Shown: positions 1 through 12,665, numbered from the whole stretch's first letter. The stretch is DNA of 63,059 bases, filler included, from Octopus bimaculoides (GCF_001194135.2; 5 parts of 5 records of this genome joined end to end with filler, not necessarily neighbours in it); one strand, 5' to 3'. A program made the numbers and translations. Notes: generated by a model from the letters alone, not told the origin.

Positions 1-375
1 GTATATATATGTATATATATATATGTATATATATGTATATATATATATGTGTATATATATATATGTATATATATAATTATATATATATATATATATATGT
101 GTATGCATATATATATGTGTGTGTATATGTACATATGTATATATATATATATATATGTGTGTATATGTACATATGTATATATATATGTGTGTGTATATAT
201 GTACATATGTATATATATATATGTGTGTGTATATATGTACATATATATATGTATATATATATGTGTATATGTATATATATAGATAGATATATGTGTATGT
301 AACTATGTGCATATATGTATATAGATATATGTGTTTCTAACGATGTGTATATATATATATATATATATTAATGTA
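1..375. repeat. Compound (TA)n/(TG)n/(TATG)n microsatellite
   Basis: Directly visible; the ORFs 9..302 and 49..282 (YI/CV repeats) are its translations. Confidence 0.97.
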
Positions 376-3300
376 TATTTATATTTGTATCCCAATTTCA
401 AAATAAAAGAGGAGCTCCTACTTAAATATAGTTTCTGCTGTGGTGATCAACACATATAAGCATTGCTAAAAATAAATTAAAAAATGCAATAAAAAATTGA
501 ACTTTTAGAGTTTGAATTTGTCCAATAAAGTTCAATGTTATGGTTAGGAAGTAATGTGTTGATGCTATTCGCAATGATATGAGCAGTTAATTAAAATAAT
601 ATAATGAGAATTAAACAAGAATTAAGGTGACTAAATGGATGCAGAAGAACCAGAAACACACAAAATCAAACCTATGTGCTAAATAACCCAATGTTATTTT
701 CTTTGTTATTGTTCCTGTTGTTGATGTGTAGATGGCACAGTGGTTGAAAGTTTGGAATTGAAAGTAGATATTTTACTAACTCTAGCTCGTGAGCATATGC
801 TTCTCTGCTTAAATCCCACCAAATTTCACTTTATCTTTTTATCTTTTAGCAGAGTAGATAAAATATATACCAATTCTATACTGGGTAATAAGTGATTTAA
901 ATAATCTTACCCTTTCCTTTACCAAAAAAAAACCAAAAAAGATTAGGCCTGTGACTACTCATAATCATTATTCTTATTGTTGCTGTCGTTTTTGTTATAC
1001 CATTCCCCTCATTACAATTGTTATTGTTCAACTTGGTGATATTATCTTTCATACACATACATAGGCCAACTGGAGTTCACATCCCACTGCTAGCTGCAAG
1101 TGTTATGTTGTGTCCATGGGCAAAACACTTAACTTTACTTGCTTTAGGTTTTATGCTTATTTTTATTAACTTCATTCTACTAATATATATATATATATAT
1201 GTATATATATATGTAAAAATATATATGTATATATATATATAAGATGACTTTGCATATATTCATGATAAATGCTCAATGTAGACAATGTGACCAGTTATAA
1301 TTATATTTTGGATATCGTATCAAGTTGGTCGAAATACATTGTTTTTTTCCAACTTCAAATGAATACTAATTGCTCCTCTCTAGTTTTATTTATCCTCTAT
1401 TTATAGAAGCTGTTATATTACATAAATGTATTCATCTTCATGGTCATCTTAAAATATCTGAAAAGCAAAAATTATCATGTTTAAAATGCTATCGCTTTTT
1501 ACTTCTTCTTCTTCTTCTTCTTCTTTTATGCTTATCATACCACAATTTATTTTAATACACCATTGCTGGTTTTCTCATAATGACGTCAATCCATCTTAGA
1601 GTCAATGTGGAACTGAGAATTCAGGTTGGACCAAAATCTAATTTAGGGTTTATTCCCTTCCATCTATTCTTGCCAACCGGTAGTCATTTATAGTTTCTTT
1701 GGAGATTCTTCAATGAATGATTTACCATTGTATTGTCATCCGGTGCCATGATCTGTCACTACCCATACTTGTCACATCATTTATTCATCTTGGGATTTAG
1801 TTGCTTAGTTGATTTTAATTTTCAGATAAATTCTGTATTTTTCTCTTGTTTGTCCCAGTTTAACAACTTCACTAGGTAGTATATATATGTGTGTATATAT
1901 ATAGTAAGAACTGACTCATTCAATGAAGACCATCCAACCCAATGCCAGAATTGAAAGTAGATGAAAAATGGTGATGATATATGTGTGTAAGGCATTACAT
2001 ATGTTCTTTGTATTACATATGAGACAGAACTGTTGTTGAATTAATTCATTATATTTAACATTGCAACCTAATTTAGTAAATCCTATTTATTTATGTATTA
2101 GTGACCATGCAACTGTTTGTTTGTACTGTTTAGTCTCCAAATTTATCTTTTTGCATCATATTTGTTTCATGACCTTATCCTGGGTAATGGCCTGATGGCC
2201 AAACAACAGAATGGATTAGTGTGATGTGTTGAACATCCACACTCTATCCTTTACTGTTCAAAACCCAGTAGCCATAGCACTAATCCACACTCAGATGCAC
2301 AGAGAATCCTTAAGAATTGAGAAAACAAAGGATTCCAGAAGTAAATGCAGAGTTGTGAGTCAGAGACTCTTATCATTGAGCCAAATGTTTGCTGTTCTTT
2401 CACAATTATCAGTGCCAGAAGATATGCCAAAACTAAAATGTCTACTATACATTCCGCTAGTATTAACAAGGAATTCAATTTCTTTATTACTGTTTTTAGG
2501 AAAATGTAAAGAAATAAAAGATTTGAGTGATTAAGTACATATCTCCCTCAATCTTCAACATATATTTACCTTTGGTGTCTGTAAATTAGTGATATACAGC
2601 ACTACACTTTGGAAAATATGTCTGCTTCCATATCTACATTAAAAAAAAAAGAAAGAAAAGTGAAAGAAAAAAAAAGAAAACTCTTCAATTTCGAGTCCCA
2701 TGTCTTCATAGATTTTGTAAATGAAATCTATATTCTTTCGAATTAATTGCCAACTAAATGATTACAGATTTTTTTTTTCTCAAAAAGCTATCATGTATTT
2801 TCTGAATCTATTGATACAATTTTCTCAGGTGTTTCAATAACATCATTCAAATATATCTCTTCAATTAAGTTTTTCATTTACAATTTGATATATATATTTT
2901 TCTGGGAAAAAATTCAGGGAACCATTTCTCATTTCTTTAACATTTCTGCTCACTATGAAATGTTTGTTTTTCTATGGTTTTGACTTTGGTTTACATTATT
3001 TCAATTGGTGTATCCATTATGGTCTGTTTTCTTTTGAACATCATGCATTTTACTGAACTGTTGTTGTATATCTTGGATCCGGCCAAATTATTTTGTTTCA
3101 GTTAGTGTGAATTATGCAAAGTTTTGTTATTTCATTACAATGTTCCCCCCATCCCAAGAACTATTCCATTTAGACTTCAATAACCATCTTTTTTGCAAAA
3201 GCTACTTTGATTGTGGTTATTATCATAATTCTTGTTGACAAAATATGCAAGTTTCTTTTTTTCTATATATAATTTTAGTTTTTAGTGTTTGGCTCTTTAT

Positions 3301-5913
3301 TTTGAATAGTGTACTTGGAAGATTGAGGAAGTACATTGTTACTTGGAAATCTCTTCAAAATCAGTCAAACAACCTTAATAACTAAGTTACTTGGAAACAG
3401 TCAATGACCAACAAAATCTGATCAATTTTGTTGTAATTTCTTTCTTTTTTTTATGTTTTTTTTTAAGTAGATGTTAATTATACACATAATTGAGAAACAT
3501 AAGATTATATAACATCAAGATATTCAAGCCATGAAACTGCATATGAGATTTTTTCCGACTACTACAAAATTGAATTACACAGATTGATAAATAAATTAAC
3601 TCTAGTTGTACTATGATACTAATGAAATACAACATTGTGTTTTTCCTTTTAGAATACAAACAATAATTCTAAAACCAATGAGCATAAATGAAAAAAAAGC
3701 AAAGTGCAAAAATTATCACTTTTACCTCCAAAAATAATACCAGCAGAAAAATAGAAGACAAATTGTTAAAATATAACGGTGATAGTTTATATAAACAATT
3801 TTACAATGATATACATTTTTTTTTTCTATTATTATTTTTGAGTACTACATAAACCAGTGCCAAAACATCAAATTAAACTTTGTTCATACTTTCAACATGG
3901 CAAAGAAAATTAAGGACTGATAACTCTTTACTACTGGAGAACAAGCAATTGGAAATATGAAATATTAAACACAATGAAAAGCAAAAACTAAAGAAACCAC
4001 TCACCAATATATCATGAAAATTCAAACAATATCAATATTTGTTCCTAAGATGAGAAACTAAAAAAATTTAGCTATTCTGTTAAATGTTAATATATTTGGG
4101 AATTTATAGTGAAATTGGTATCATTTTACTAAATTATAAATTATATACATGCACTGCACATTCACACAAATATGTATATGTGTAAATATTTATATATACA
4201 CTTATATATCTATGTGAATGAACACACACATATTACTTAGTTAATGAAGTTAATTTTGAGCACACAATGTTGAAACTTACTATAAAAGTAAGTATATATA
4301 ATATCAAGGGAATCTATATTTAGAGTGCTGAATTGGAAAACTTTTCTTTTTCTAACAAATTCCAAAAAAGGAAGCAAAGCTCAATAAGTTTCTTCCAATT
4401 ATAAGGTAGATATGAATCAAACCAGAGAGTAAAGTATTTTCTTTTTTTATGCTATTTTATTGTTCCACGGAACATTTACAAAAAGCGGTGGTTTATGTGG
4501 ACTAAAATAAAAACATAAAATATAAGTCGTTGTTGTTTGTCCTAAGTTAATAGTTGCATAGAAGAATTTACTGTCAGAAAATAACAGATTACTTCACACC
4601 TAATTAATTCCAATTTGATGTGACAACTTTGTTAATTTAAATAATGTTCTAATTTTACAGAAAATCCTTGAAACTTATAACATTTGCTCAATAGATTAAA
4701 ATTCTAATTTTTAAATGTTGATATATTATTTTAATATATAATATATTTTTCTTCACTAACTACTAATTAACTTAAGCCCCCAGTCTAAGACATATGTATA
4801 GAAGTGTGTTTATGTGAGTGTATATATGCACATACATGCAAATACACAAACATACATACATAAATGTGTACGATAGATAGATAGATAGATAGATAAATAG
4901 GTTCTGCTTGTACATTTAGAAGAAAGATTTATATGAGGAATTGTAATCAATTTTCACTGATCTCAGCGAGCTTCTGAGGGACATGAATGTAACTTTTTCC
5001 TTCTAACCAAATCAATTTAAAAAAAAAAGAAATGTCAACGTTAACTACATTTGTGTCCATTTTCTTGACATTGGAGCAAACTACATCCGTTATTGGCTCC
5101 CACATATAATTAAACTTCTATAACACTGTCATCATCAATATAACAGATTTTTGTTTTTACACTTTATGTCGTTTTCCCCCCAACCTCTTCAAACTAGAAT
5201 GCTGTTTTTTTTTTTCTTCTGCAATAAAGTTTTGAAATATGAAAAAAAAATAAAATAAATCTTCTATCTATTTTTACCTTGTTTGGAAAGGAATGTTTAA
5301 ATCAAAGATTCAAGAGAATGTAGTGTCTGTGATGAAACATTTTAAGGGTTTATAGCGATTTTCTTGTAAGCTTTTATTGATATACACAGAAATCAAATTT
5401 TTGTACCGCCAGCAAGTTTGAAGTAGCTACGTTATGTTACGAAAGACAACTTTTGCTATAAAGTATTTGGTAGATCAATGAATGCTGTTTTGAAGCATAC
5501 TTCCCTTCCACCTATGTTTTTTTTTTAATGCAGTGTAATACGGGGAATAAATGATGGGAAAATATTAAAAAAATATTGAAAAAAAATCAAACAAAAAACT
5601 TTATATTTGAAAACAATTAAAAATAATAGCGCAATCAAGGAAAGAAATTAGCGAAGACTAAGGGAGGTAACTACAAGCTATGTCAAGGGAGATAACTTCA
5701 ATCTTATTTAATAGCAATTACCTCTAATATTTAACAATTGATAAACTGTTGGAAAAAGAAAACAATTCAATGTTTTTGATCTAGTACATTGAAAATATCA
5801 AATTTAACATTTTTAAAGCCAATTTTCAAAAATATGAATTAACAATGCTAAATATTTAAGGATGATAGTATAAAATTATAAAAAAAAAAAAAAATTAAAA
5901 AATGACATTTTCA

Positions 5914-6252
<339 letters not shown>

Positions 6253-6843
6253 TCATATCTAGACACAAAATTTAAAAAAAGTCAATACATTCATATCAAT
6301 ACATCAAATGACATTGTAGAAAAGCTTTTATACAATTTGAAAAGCATAAATAAATGAAAATGTATTCAAAAGTTTTGTCTTTGCTTCTCTTTATTTGTTT
6401 TATGTTCCTTTGTTTATCAGTTTTTTTACATTTCAGCAAATGGATGGTTCAGAAACTCAAATATTTTCAGAGAATTGTAGAGGTATAATTTTAGCTTTTT
6501 GGGCTTTATGAAACACATCATGCTAGCATTTGAATTAATTTATGAAATAATCAAGAATTTGAAGAGCATTATAAAAATGACAAACTCATTTTTCTGTTAT
6601 TAAACTGGTTATTTTGAAACAAAAGATACGTAAAATTATATGCGATATAAACACTTTAGAATGCAATTTTGATTCAAAATCAGGGGATAGTCTCTGAATT
6701 AATAGTGATTGTCCCAAATTTGAAGAGAACTATACTATATTAAATCAAACCCAAAACCTCTGCAATCCCAGGACTTATTTTTATTAACCTTAAATGAAGA
6801 AAAAGTATCATTGACCCTAGATTTAAGCATGATAATAATAAAA

Positions 6844-7052
6844 ATGGTTTCAAATTTTGCCACAAGGCTAGCAATTTCAGGGGAGTGGGTAAGTCAGTTA
6901 CATTGACTACAGTTTTCCACAGGTACATATTTTATCAACTATGAAAGGCAAAGTTGACTTCTGGCCAAATTTATATTCAGAACATAAAGATGGACAAAAT
7001 ACCATTAAGCAATTCGCCTGGCTTGCTAATGATTCTGCCAGCTCACTGCCTT
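6844..7052 (-). mobile_element. tRNA-derived SINE, family 'B' (my label), with (ATT)n-type tail
   Basis: Minus strand reads AAGGCAGTGAGCTGGCAGAATCATTAGC (A-box-like), GTTCTGAATATAAATT (decayed B box), then a GTCAACTTTGCCTTTCAT central domain and a CCTTGTGGCAAAATTTGAAACC tail; colinear with better copies at 46281 and 55894. Confidence 0.8.
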
Positions 7053-7077
7053 AATAATAATAATAATGATAATAATT

Positions 7078-7638
7078 TTGTCTGCTATAGGTACAAAGCC
7101 TGAAATTTTGGTACTTATTTCATCAACCCTGAAAGGATGAAAGGCAAAGTTGACCTCAGCGAAATTTGAACTCAAAACATAAAGATGGATGAAATGTTGC
7201 CAAGCAGGGTTGGCTGTGTGATAAGTAGCTTGCTTACCAACCACATGGTTCCGGGTTCAGTCCCACTGCGTAGCACCTTGGGCAAGTGTCTTCTACTATA
7301 GCCTCGGGCTGACCAAAGCCTTGTGAGTGGATTTGGTAGACGGAAACTGAAAGAAGTCTGTCGTATATATGTATATATATATGTGTGTGTTTGTGTGTCT
7401 GTGTTTGTCCCCACAACATCGCTTGACAACTGATGCTGGCGTGTTTATGTCCCCGTAACTTAGCGGTTCGGCAAAAGAGACTGATAGAATAAGTACTAGG
7501 CTTACAAAGAATAAGTCCTGGGGTCGATTTGTTCGACTAAAGGCGGTGCTCCAGCATGGCCGCAGTCAAATGACTGAAACAAGTAAAAGAGTAAGCATTT
7601 TGCCCAGCATGCTAATGATTCTACCAGCTGTCTGCCTT
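7078..7638 (-). mobile_element. SINE family B copy interrupted by a family A SINE (7204-7594)
   Basis: Head at 7598-7638 and body at 7078-7203 join in register once the insert is removed; AAGCA is duplicated at 7202-7206 and 7593-7597. Confidence 0.8.
7204..7594 (+). mobile_element. tRNA-derived SINE, family 'A' (CORE-like centre, internal TA/TG microsatellite)
   Basis: A box TGGCTGTGTGATAAG, B box GGTTCAGTCCC, CACCTTGGGCAAGTGTC CORE-like motif, and tail GGCGGTGCTCCAGCATGGCCGCAGTCAAATGACTGAAACAAGTAAAAGAG also seen at 34362-34492. Octopus OR/OK-type SINE assignment is from memory only. Confidence 0.85.
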
Positions 7639-7659
7639 AATAATAATAATGGTGATGAT

Positions 7660-7872
7660 GATTTCAAATTTTTGTCACAAGGGCAGCTTATGGGGAGGGG
7701 ATTAACTTGATTACATCAACCCCAGTGTTTCACTGGTACCTAATTTATCAACCTCGAAAGGATGGAAGGTAAAGTTGACCTTGGGGGAATTTGAACTCAG
7801 AATGTAGTGGCATGCAAAATACCACTAAGCATTTGGTCCAGTGCACTAACGATTCTTCTAGCTTGCCACCTT
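7660..7872 (-). mobile_element. SINE family B copy
   Basis: Minus strand: AAGGTGGCAAGCTAGAAGAATCGTTAG head, GAGTTCAAATTCC B box, central domain and (ATC/ATT)n tail. Confidence 0.85.
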
Positions 7873-7899
7873 AACAATAATAATAATGATGATAATAAT

Positions 7900-8630
7900 G
7901 GAAAGCTGAAAAGTGAGACAAAGAGTTTATTCACAGCAGCACAGGACTAATTAGATAAAAGCCAAGATACAAAAAAACAAGTAGATTCCCAATGTATGTT
8001 ACGCAAATCAAAAGAGTAAAGCATTACTCATATAGTAAGTGAATGTAGCATGCTGGTACAGAAAGAATACAAGAAAAGACATGACAACCTAGGGAGAGTA
8101 ATCCACAGGAAGTTATGTAGAAAGCTAGGATTTGAACATACTGATAAATGGTATGAACATGAACCTAGTAAAGTACTAGAAAGTAAGAAATACAAGATGT
8201 TATGGGACTTTAACATTCAGACTGACAAAGTAATAGAAGCTAGAAGGCCTGATTTAGTAGTAGTAAATAAAGATAATAGAAAATACCAAATAATTGACTT
8301 TACAGTCCCAAATGATGAAGAAATCAATATGAGAGGTATAGAAAAAATAGCAAAGTACCAGGACCTAGCTATTGAATTACAGAGACTATGGAAAGTACGG
8401 GGAAAATGTATCTCAATAGTTATAGGTGTATTGGGAACTATACCTAAAGATTTGAACAGATGGATAGAGGAAACAGGCATAAAATCTGGTTTAGTACAGC
8501 CCCAGAAAACAGTGTTATTAGGGACAGCCAGGATACTTAGGAGGGTTCTTAGCATCTAACGTTATTTGTTGTAGCCCAATGTTAGGATTGTTTCTTTTCC
8601 AACAGTTTAATCTGTTGTGTGTATATGAAA
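7900..8630 (+). mobile_element. 5'-truncated R4/Dong-clade non-LTR retrotransposon (CCHC knuckle remnant, restriction-like endonuclease, 3' UTR)
   Basis: ORF 8050-8559 has HIVSEC..EYKKRHD, LWDFNIQTDKVIEARRPDLVVV, IIDFTVP, EKIAKYQDL, IVIGVLG and LLGTARILRRVL, the typical R4/Dong C-terminus with a PD..D RLE motif. Flanked on both sides by (AAT)n (7873-7899, 8631-8675). Upstream codons contain stops. Confidence 0.9.
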
Positions 8631-8675
8631 ATAATAATAATAATGATAATAATAATAATAATAATAATAATAATA

Positions 8676-8879
8676 TTTCAAATTTTGGAACAAGGCCAGC
8701 ATTTTAAGGGTAGGAGATAAGATGATTACATGAATTCAACTGGTACTTATTTTATTGACCCTGAAAGGATAAAAGGCATATTCAACCTCCGTGGAATTTG
8801 AACTCAGAACATAAAGACAGCTGAAATGTTACTAAGCATTTTGCCCAGTATGCTAATGATTCAGTCAGTTCACTGCCTT
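8676..8879 (-). mobile_element. SINE family B copy
   Basis: Minus strand: AAGGCAGTGAACTGACTGAATCATTAG head, GAGTTCAAATTCC B box; its tail runs into the (AAT)n at 8631-8675. Confidence 0.85.
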
Positions 8880-8924
8880 AAATAGTAGTAGTATTAGTAG
8901 TAGTAGTAGTAGTAGTAGTAGTAA

Positions 8925-9186
8925 TCAGGAAATGCAATGACTGTAGGGGATTTCTACAAAAGTAATCGCAATGGTTATAAGTACTCTAGGCACTGCCATC
9001 AACAGACTTGGTAGTCTCCTTATTGAGAGTGGTGCAACTATGAGAGCTGCATTAAAACAGAAATCTACTCTCTTGAGAACAGCAAGGATTGTAAGAAAGG
9101 TCCTCAATATCTAAGGAGACTGGTATCAAGGCCATTCATTGATTATGAATATAAAATAGTCACACAAACCATGAATAATAATAAAT
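8925..9186 (+). mobile_element. Second, shorter and divergent R4/Dong 3' fragment
   Basis: 8926-9114 reads QEMQ*L*GISTKVIAMVISTLGT...LKQKSTLLRTARIVRKVLNI*, aligning with ELQRLW..CISIVIGVLG..QKTVLLGTARILRRVLSI of the upstream copy; different 3' UTR ending in (AAT)n at 9176-9186; preceded by (AGT)n. Confidence 0.75.
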
Positions 9187-10019
9187 AAAAGTGCAGGCAT
9201 GACTGCTGAGTTAAGAAGTTTGAAATTCGCTTAAGTCATGCTGTTCTTGGGTCTAATTATATAATGAAGCATTTTTGTCAGGTGTCTCCTACCATAGCTT
9301 TGGGTTGTGTCAGACCTTTTGAGTGAAACTATAAAATCTACAAAATCCATCAAATTGACTGTACATGCACTTGGGAAGTAAACATAATCCATTGCCAGAT
9401 TTAACATTACCACCTGAAACTTAATCCAAATAATTTTACAAATGTCTGGATCTGGTCTTTGGTCTGAATGTAATTCATGAGAAACGATTTTCTTTCCTAC
9501 CTTTCCTCCAACAGTTTCAGAAGCCAGCAAAGTTCATGGCACAGCTCTGCTACCTAAATGTTTAATCCAGCATTGTTTCTGCCTCTCCACTTCTCTCATT
9601 CCTTCTGTCATCATTACTCGCATTTCCAAATTGGTAGACAGACTGATACAAGTTGTTGAGTAATATGATATGTCTAGACACAAGTTATTTTTATGAGATA
9701 CTACCTGAGGTAACCGGTAACACCCTGGAGTGAGGATATTCCCAGTACACATTACAATGCCTAATTTCTCTCAGACGAAAAATGAAATCAAGACATAGGA
9801 TAGATAATAGAAGGCTTAAGCAAATTCATTCACGAAACAATAATACAAATAAATACGTGTGGAATCTGAAAATGACAATCGTTTGGTCAGTTGAGTGGAA
9901 AGCTGCAAATATATAATGAATAGAAACATCAAGATGGGAATTGTAAAAGAGTGCTATGAAAAAAAAGAACAAAAGTTTGAAAAGTAAACAAAAAATTATT
10001 TAGTAAAAAGACAATTTGA

Positions 10020-11330
10020 CGACTGTGTTTCGTGGATATAGTTGCACTGATCGTGAGAACCAAATATCGATTGCATCAGTTAGAAGCAACAATTTTAAGT
10101 GCAGGTGTTAAGAAAATAGATGTTACATGTTTTAGCACACAATGTTGCAACATTTAGAATCGACAATTTTAAGTGCAGGTGTTAAGAAAATACATGTTAC
10201 AGCAATCTGAGGATGCTGAAATAATTGATGAACATTTTAACCCCGCAACAATTTAGGCCAAATTTCGTTAATCAGTTAAAAATCGGTGCTGATTAAAGAT
10301 TATCGAGTTTTTGAAATTGCAAGTACATAAGTGACCTCATGGGCATAAGCCCCACACATGTGTCAAGTTTCATCAAGATCAGTCTGATAGTCGCGGAAGA
10401 GTTAAAGTAACACATTCGCAAACACACACACACCCAATGGTGGATAAGAAATCCTGACTTTCTTAAGTAAGTTGAGGCCCACATGAGAATATACCCTGTC
10501 TTAAAAGACATAAGATCCTGAACCTTCTACAAGAGTTAAGGTTCATGTAGTAACTTAACGCAAATCTGAACTTCAAAAGTATTTGCAAGATGGGGTATAC
10601 TGATAAGTTAAACCTTGCATATATAAGTAGTAGTTTGTAGTCTGATTGTCAGTATATCTATGGTTATGCATGAAATACTGAATAGAAAATGTTTGAGAAA
10701 TAAAATACACTTACCTATTTAAAACCTGAAATGATAGGGAATTAAATCAACGAATTGAAATACTAAGTTTTAGCAAATGAAAACAATTTGTATTGAAATG
10801 CAGAATTAGCAAATGCTAATGAGATTACTGTTAATAAGATGTCTGTTTATGCCCATGAAACATTTTTTGTCAAATTGCAGCAATTTTCGTCAAATTAAAA
10901 TCTATATTAATGAGTAGAACCAATTTGACGAAAAAATGACCAGTCTGGTAGCGAACCTGTGTTGTTGTTATTTTTGTGCATGTGCATAAAAAAAATTATT
11001 TATCTCAAACCCATCCTTAGCACATATTTCATCTGTGTATAAAATTTCAAGAAAATCGGTTGAAGATTTTAAAAGTTATGGCCGAAAATAACATTCATAT
11101 GAGAATTTGCATTGAAATGTCCTATTGATTTTTGAAAAAATCAATGCCGATTAAAAAATATCGATTTAAAAAAATTTTTAAGTGTGTAAGTGACCGCATG
11201 GGCATAAGCCCCACACATGTGTCAAGTTTCATCAAAATCAGTTGGATAGTCTCGAAGGAGTTAAAGTAACAAATTCACAAACACACGCACAGCCACAAAC
11301 AGACAGAAATTGCCATTTGTGTATATAGAT
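10020..11330 (+). mobile_element. Non-autonomous Helitron/Helentron-like (HINE/Lep1-like) element with internally repeated modules; 5' boundary uncertain
   Basis: Module GTGTCAAGTTTCATCAA(G/A)ATCAG..GAGTTAAAGTAACA at about 10326-10432 and 11185-11290, diverged copy at 11020-11090; ends with (CA)/(CAGA) microsatellite plus TTGCCATTTGTGTATATAGAT, resembling Lep1-type 3' ends from memory. Confidence 0.55.
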
Positions 11331-11599
11331 TTGCTGTTGGGACACCTGAGTTATTCTTTAACTTGTCCACATATTGNNNNNNNNNNTTAAGTGTGTAAGT
11401 GACCGCATGGGCATAAGCCCCACACATGTGTCAAGTTTCATCAAAATCAGTTGGATAGTCTCGAAGGAGTTAAAGTAACAAATTCACAAACACACGCACA
11501 GCCACAAACAGACAGAAATTGCCATTTGTGTATATAGATTTGCTGTTGGGACACCTGAGTTATTCTTTAACTTGTCCACATATTGTTTACAGGTGATTG

Positions 11600-12560
11600 C
11601 TAATAGTTAGGAATAGTCAAATGGCTTGTGAGAACCAAAGAAGATATATACAGGGATACAGTCAGCAATGAATTTGTTATGCAGGTAATCATCGTCAAAA
11701 GTCAGTACTTAGTCTTCTGTTTTGTTGTCAGTCCTCCAAGCCATGACAAAGGAATGGGAACTTTTGCATAATTGATGACAATTGTTTGAGCAGAATCTGT
11801 AGAAGATTTTGAGAAGGAAATCCAGAAATGAAAGTAAAAGTTCTAAATCTAAACTTAAATAAGAAAGAAAATAGGACCCTAGTACCATTAGGAAATAGTA
11901 GAGCTTGAAATGCAGAAAAGAAGTACGTAGAGATTTCATATGGTGAACACAAGAGGTATAGTGGAATTACAGGCATGACAACAGAGAAGATAGATTTCAT
12001 ATGTGACAGTACACAGGAGCAATAAGCATTTTCAAACGCCCAGACAGCCCATTTGAAATAGCTGATAGCTTCTGTTACCCAGGTGAAGACATATAACCAG
12101 AGTAATAACAAGCTGGAGAAGTTCAGAGAAATATTACCTCTGCTGGTAAGAAAAAGTTTCTCCCTCAGTGATGAGCAGATTCTATGATTCTTGTATATAA
12201 AGTGTGGCTTTGCATTGTACTTAGACATAGATCTTTCTAGCTTGTGCAAATTGTATTTTACAAAGACTAGAAAAACATGAACCAAGCATCTTACTGCATA
12301 AACGATAGAGTACAAATGAGCTGAATGTAAGAGGTTTCAATAAGTAACATTCAAGAGAGAAGTCTGTGCTGGTATGGGTATGTGATGCATATGGATAATG
12401 ACAGCTGTTTGAGGATGTGTTGATTACTCAAAATGACTGGAACCTATGGAAGAGAAAGACATAGGTGTACCTGAAATGTTGCATTTTATGAAGATGACAA
12501 AGAACTATAATAATTGATGGTATACAGTGATGGAGAAGACTCAGCCAGCCATGCAACCAT
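11600..12560 (+). mobile_element. RTE-clade LINE reverse transcriptase remnant (many stops and frameshifts)
   Basis: Plus-strand fragments GIVKWLVRT, KSVLSLLF (QGSVLSPLLF), VLQAMTKEWELL, EIADSFCYPG (EVVDSFCYLG), KFREILPLLV, IQERSLCWYGYVMHMD (QERRLRWYGHVMRM). The minus ORF 11728-12315 is an antisense shadow. Confidence 0.85.
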
Positions 12561-12665
12561 GAAAAAACACATAAAAGTAAAAATAGTGACAAAAGCTAGA
12601 ATATATATATACATTTGTACCTTTCACTCATTTTCTAATTACTAAGTCACCATCTGCTATCACTC

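Noticed and set aside
1560-3400. Penelope RT/endonuclease remnant
   Set aside because: Only vague peptide resemblance; no motif I could verify.
3727-3815. Minus-strand exon encoding a transmembrane-like segment (YILTICLLFFCWYYFW)
   Set aside because: A donor is present but there is no credible acceptor or start; AT-rich sequence readily gives hydrophobic peptides.
8217-8555. 112-aa minus-strand ORF
   Set aside because: Antisense to the Dong endonuclease frame; the same applies to 8925-9107.
10089-10201. CRISPR array
   Set aside because: Only two repeats, eukaryotic repeat context, no cas genes.
11728-12315. 195-aa minus-strand membrane-like protein
   Set aside because: Antisense shadow of the plus-strand RTE remnant.
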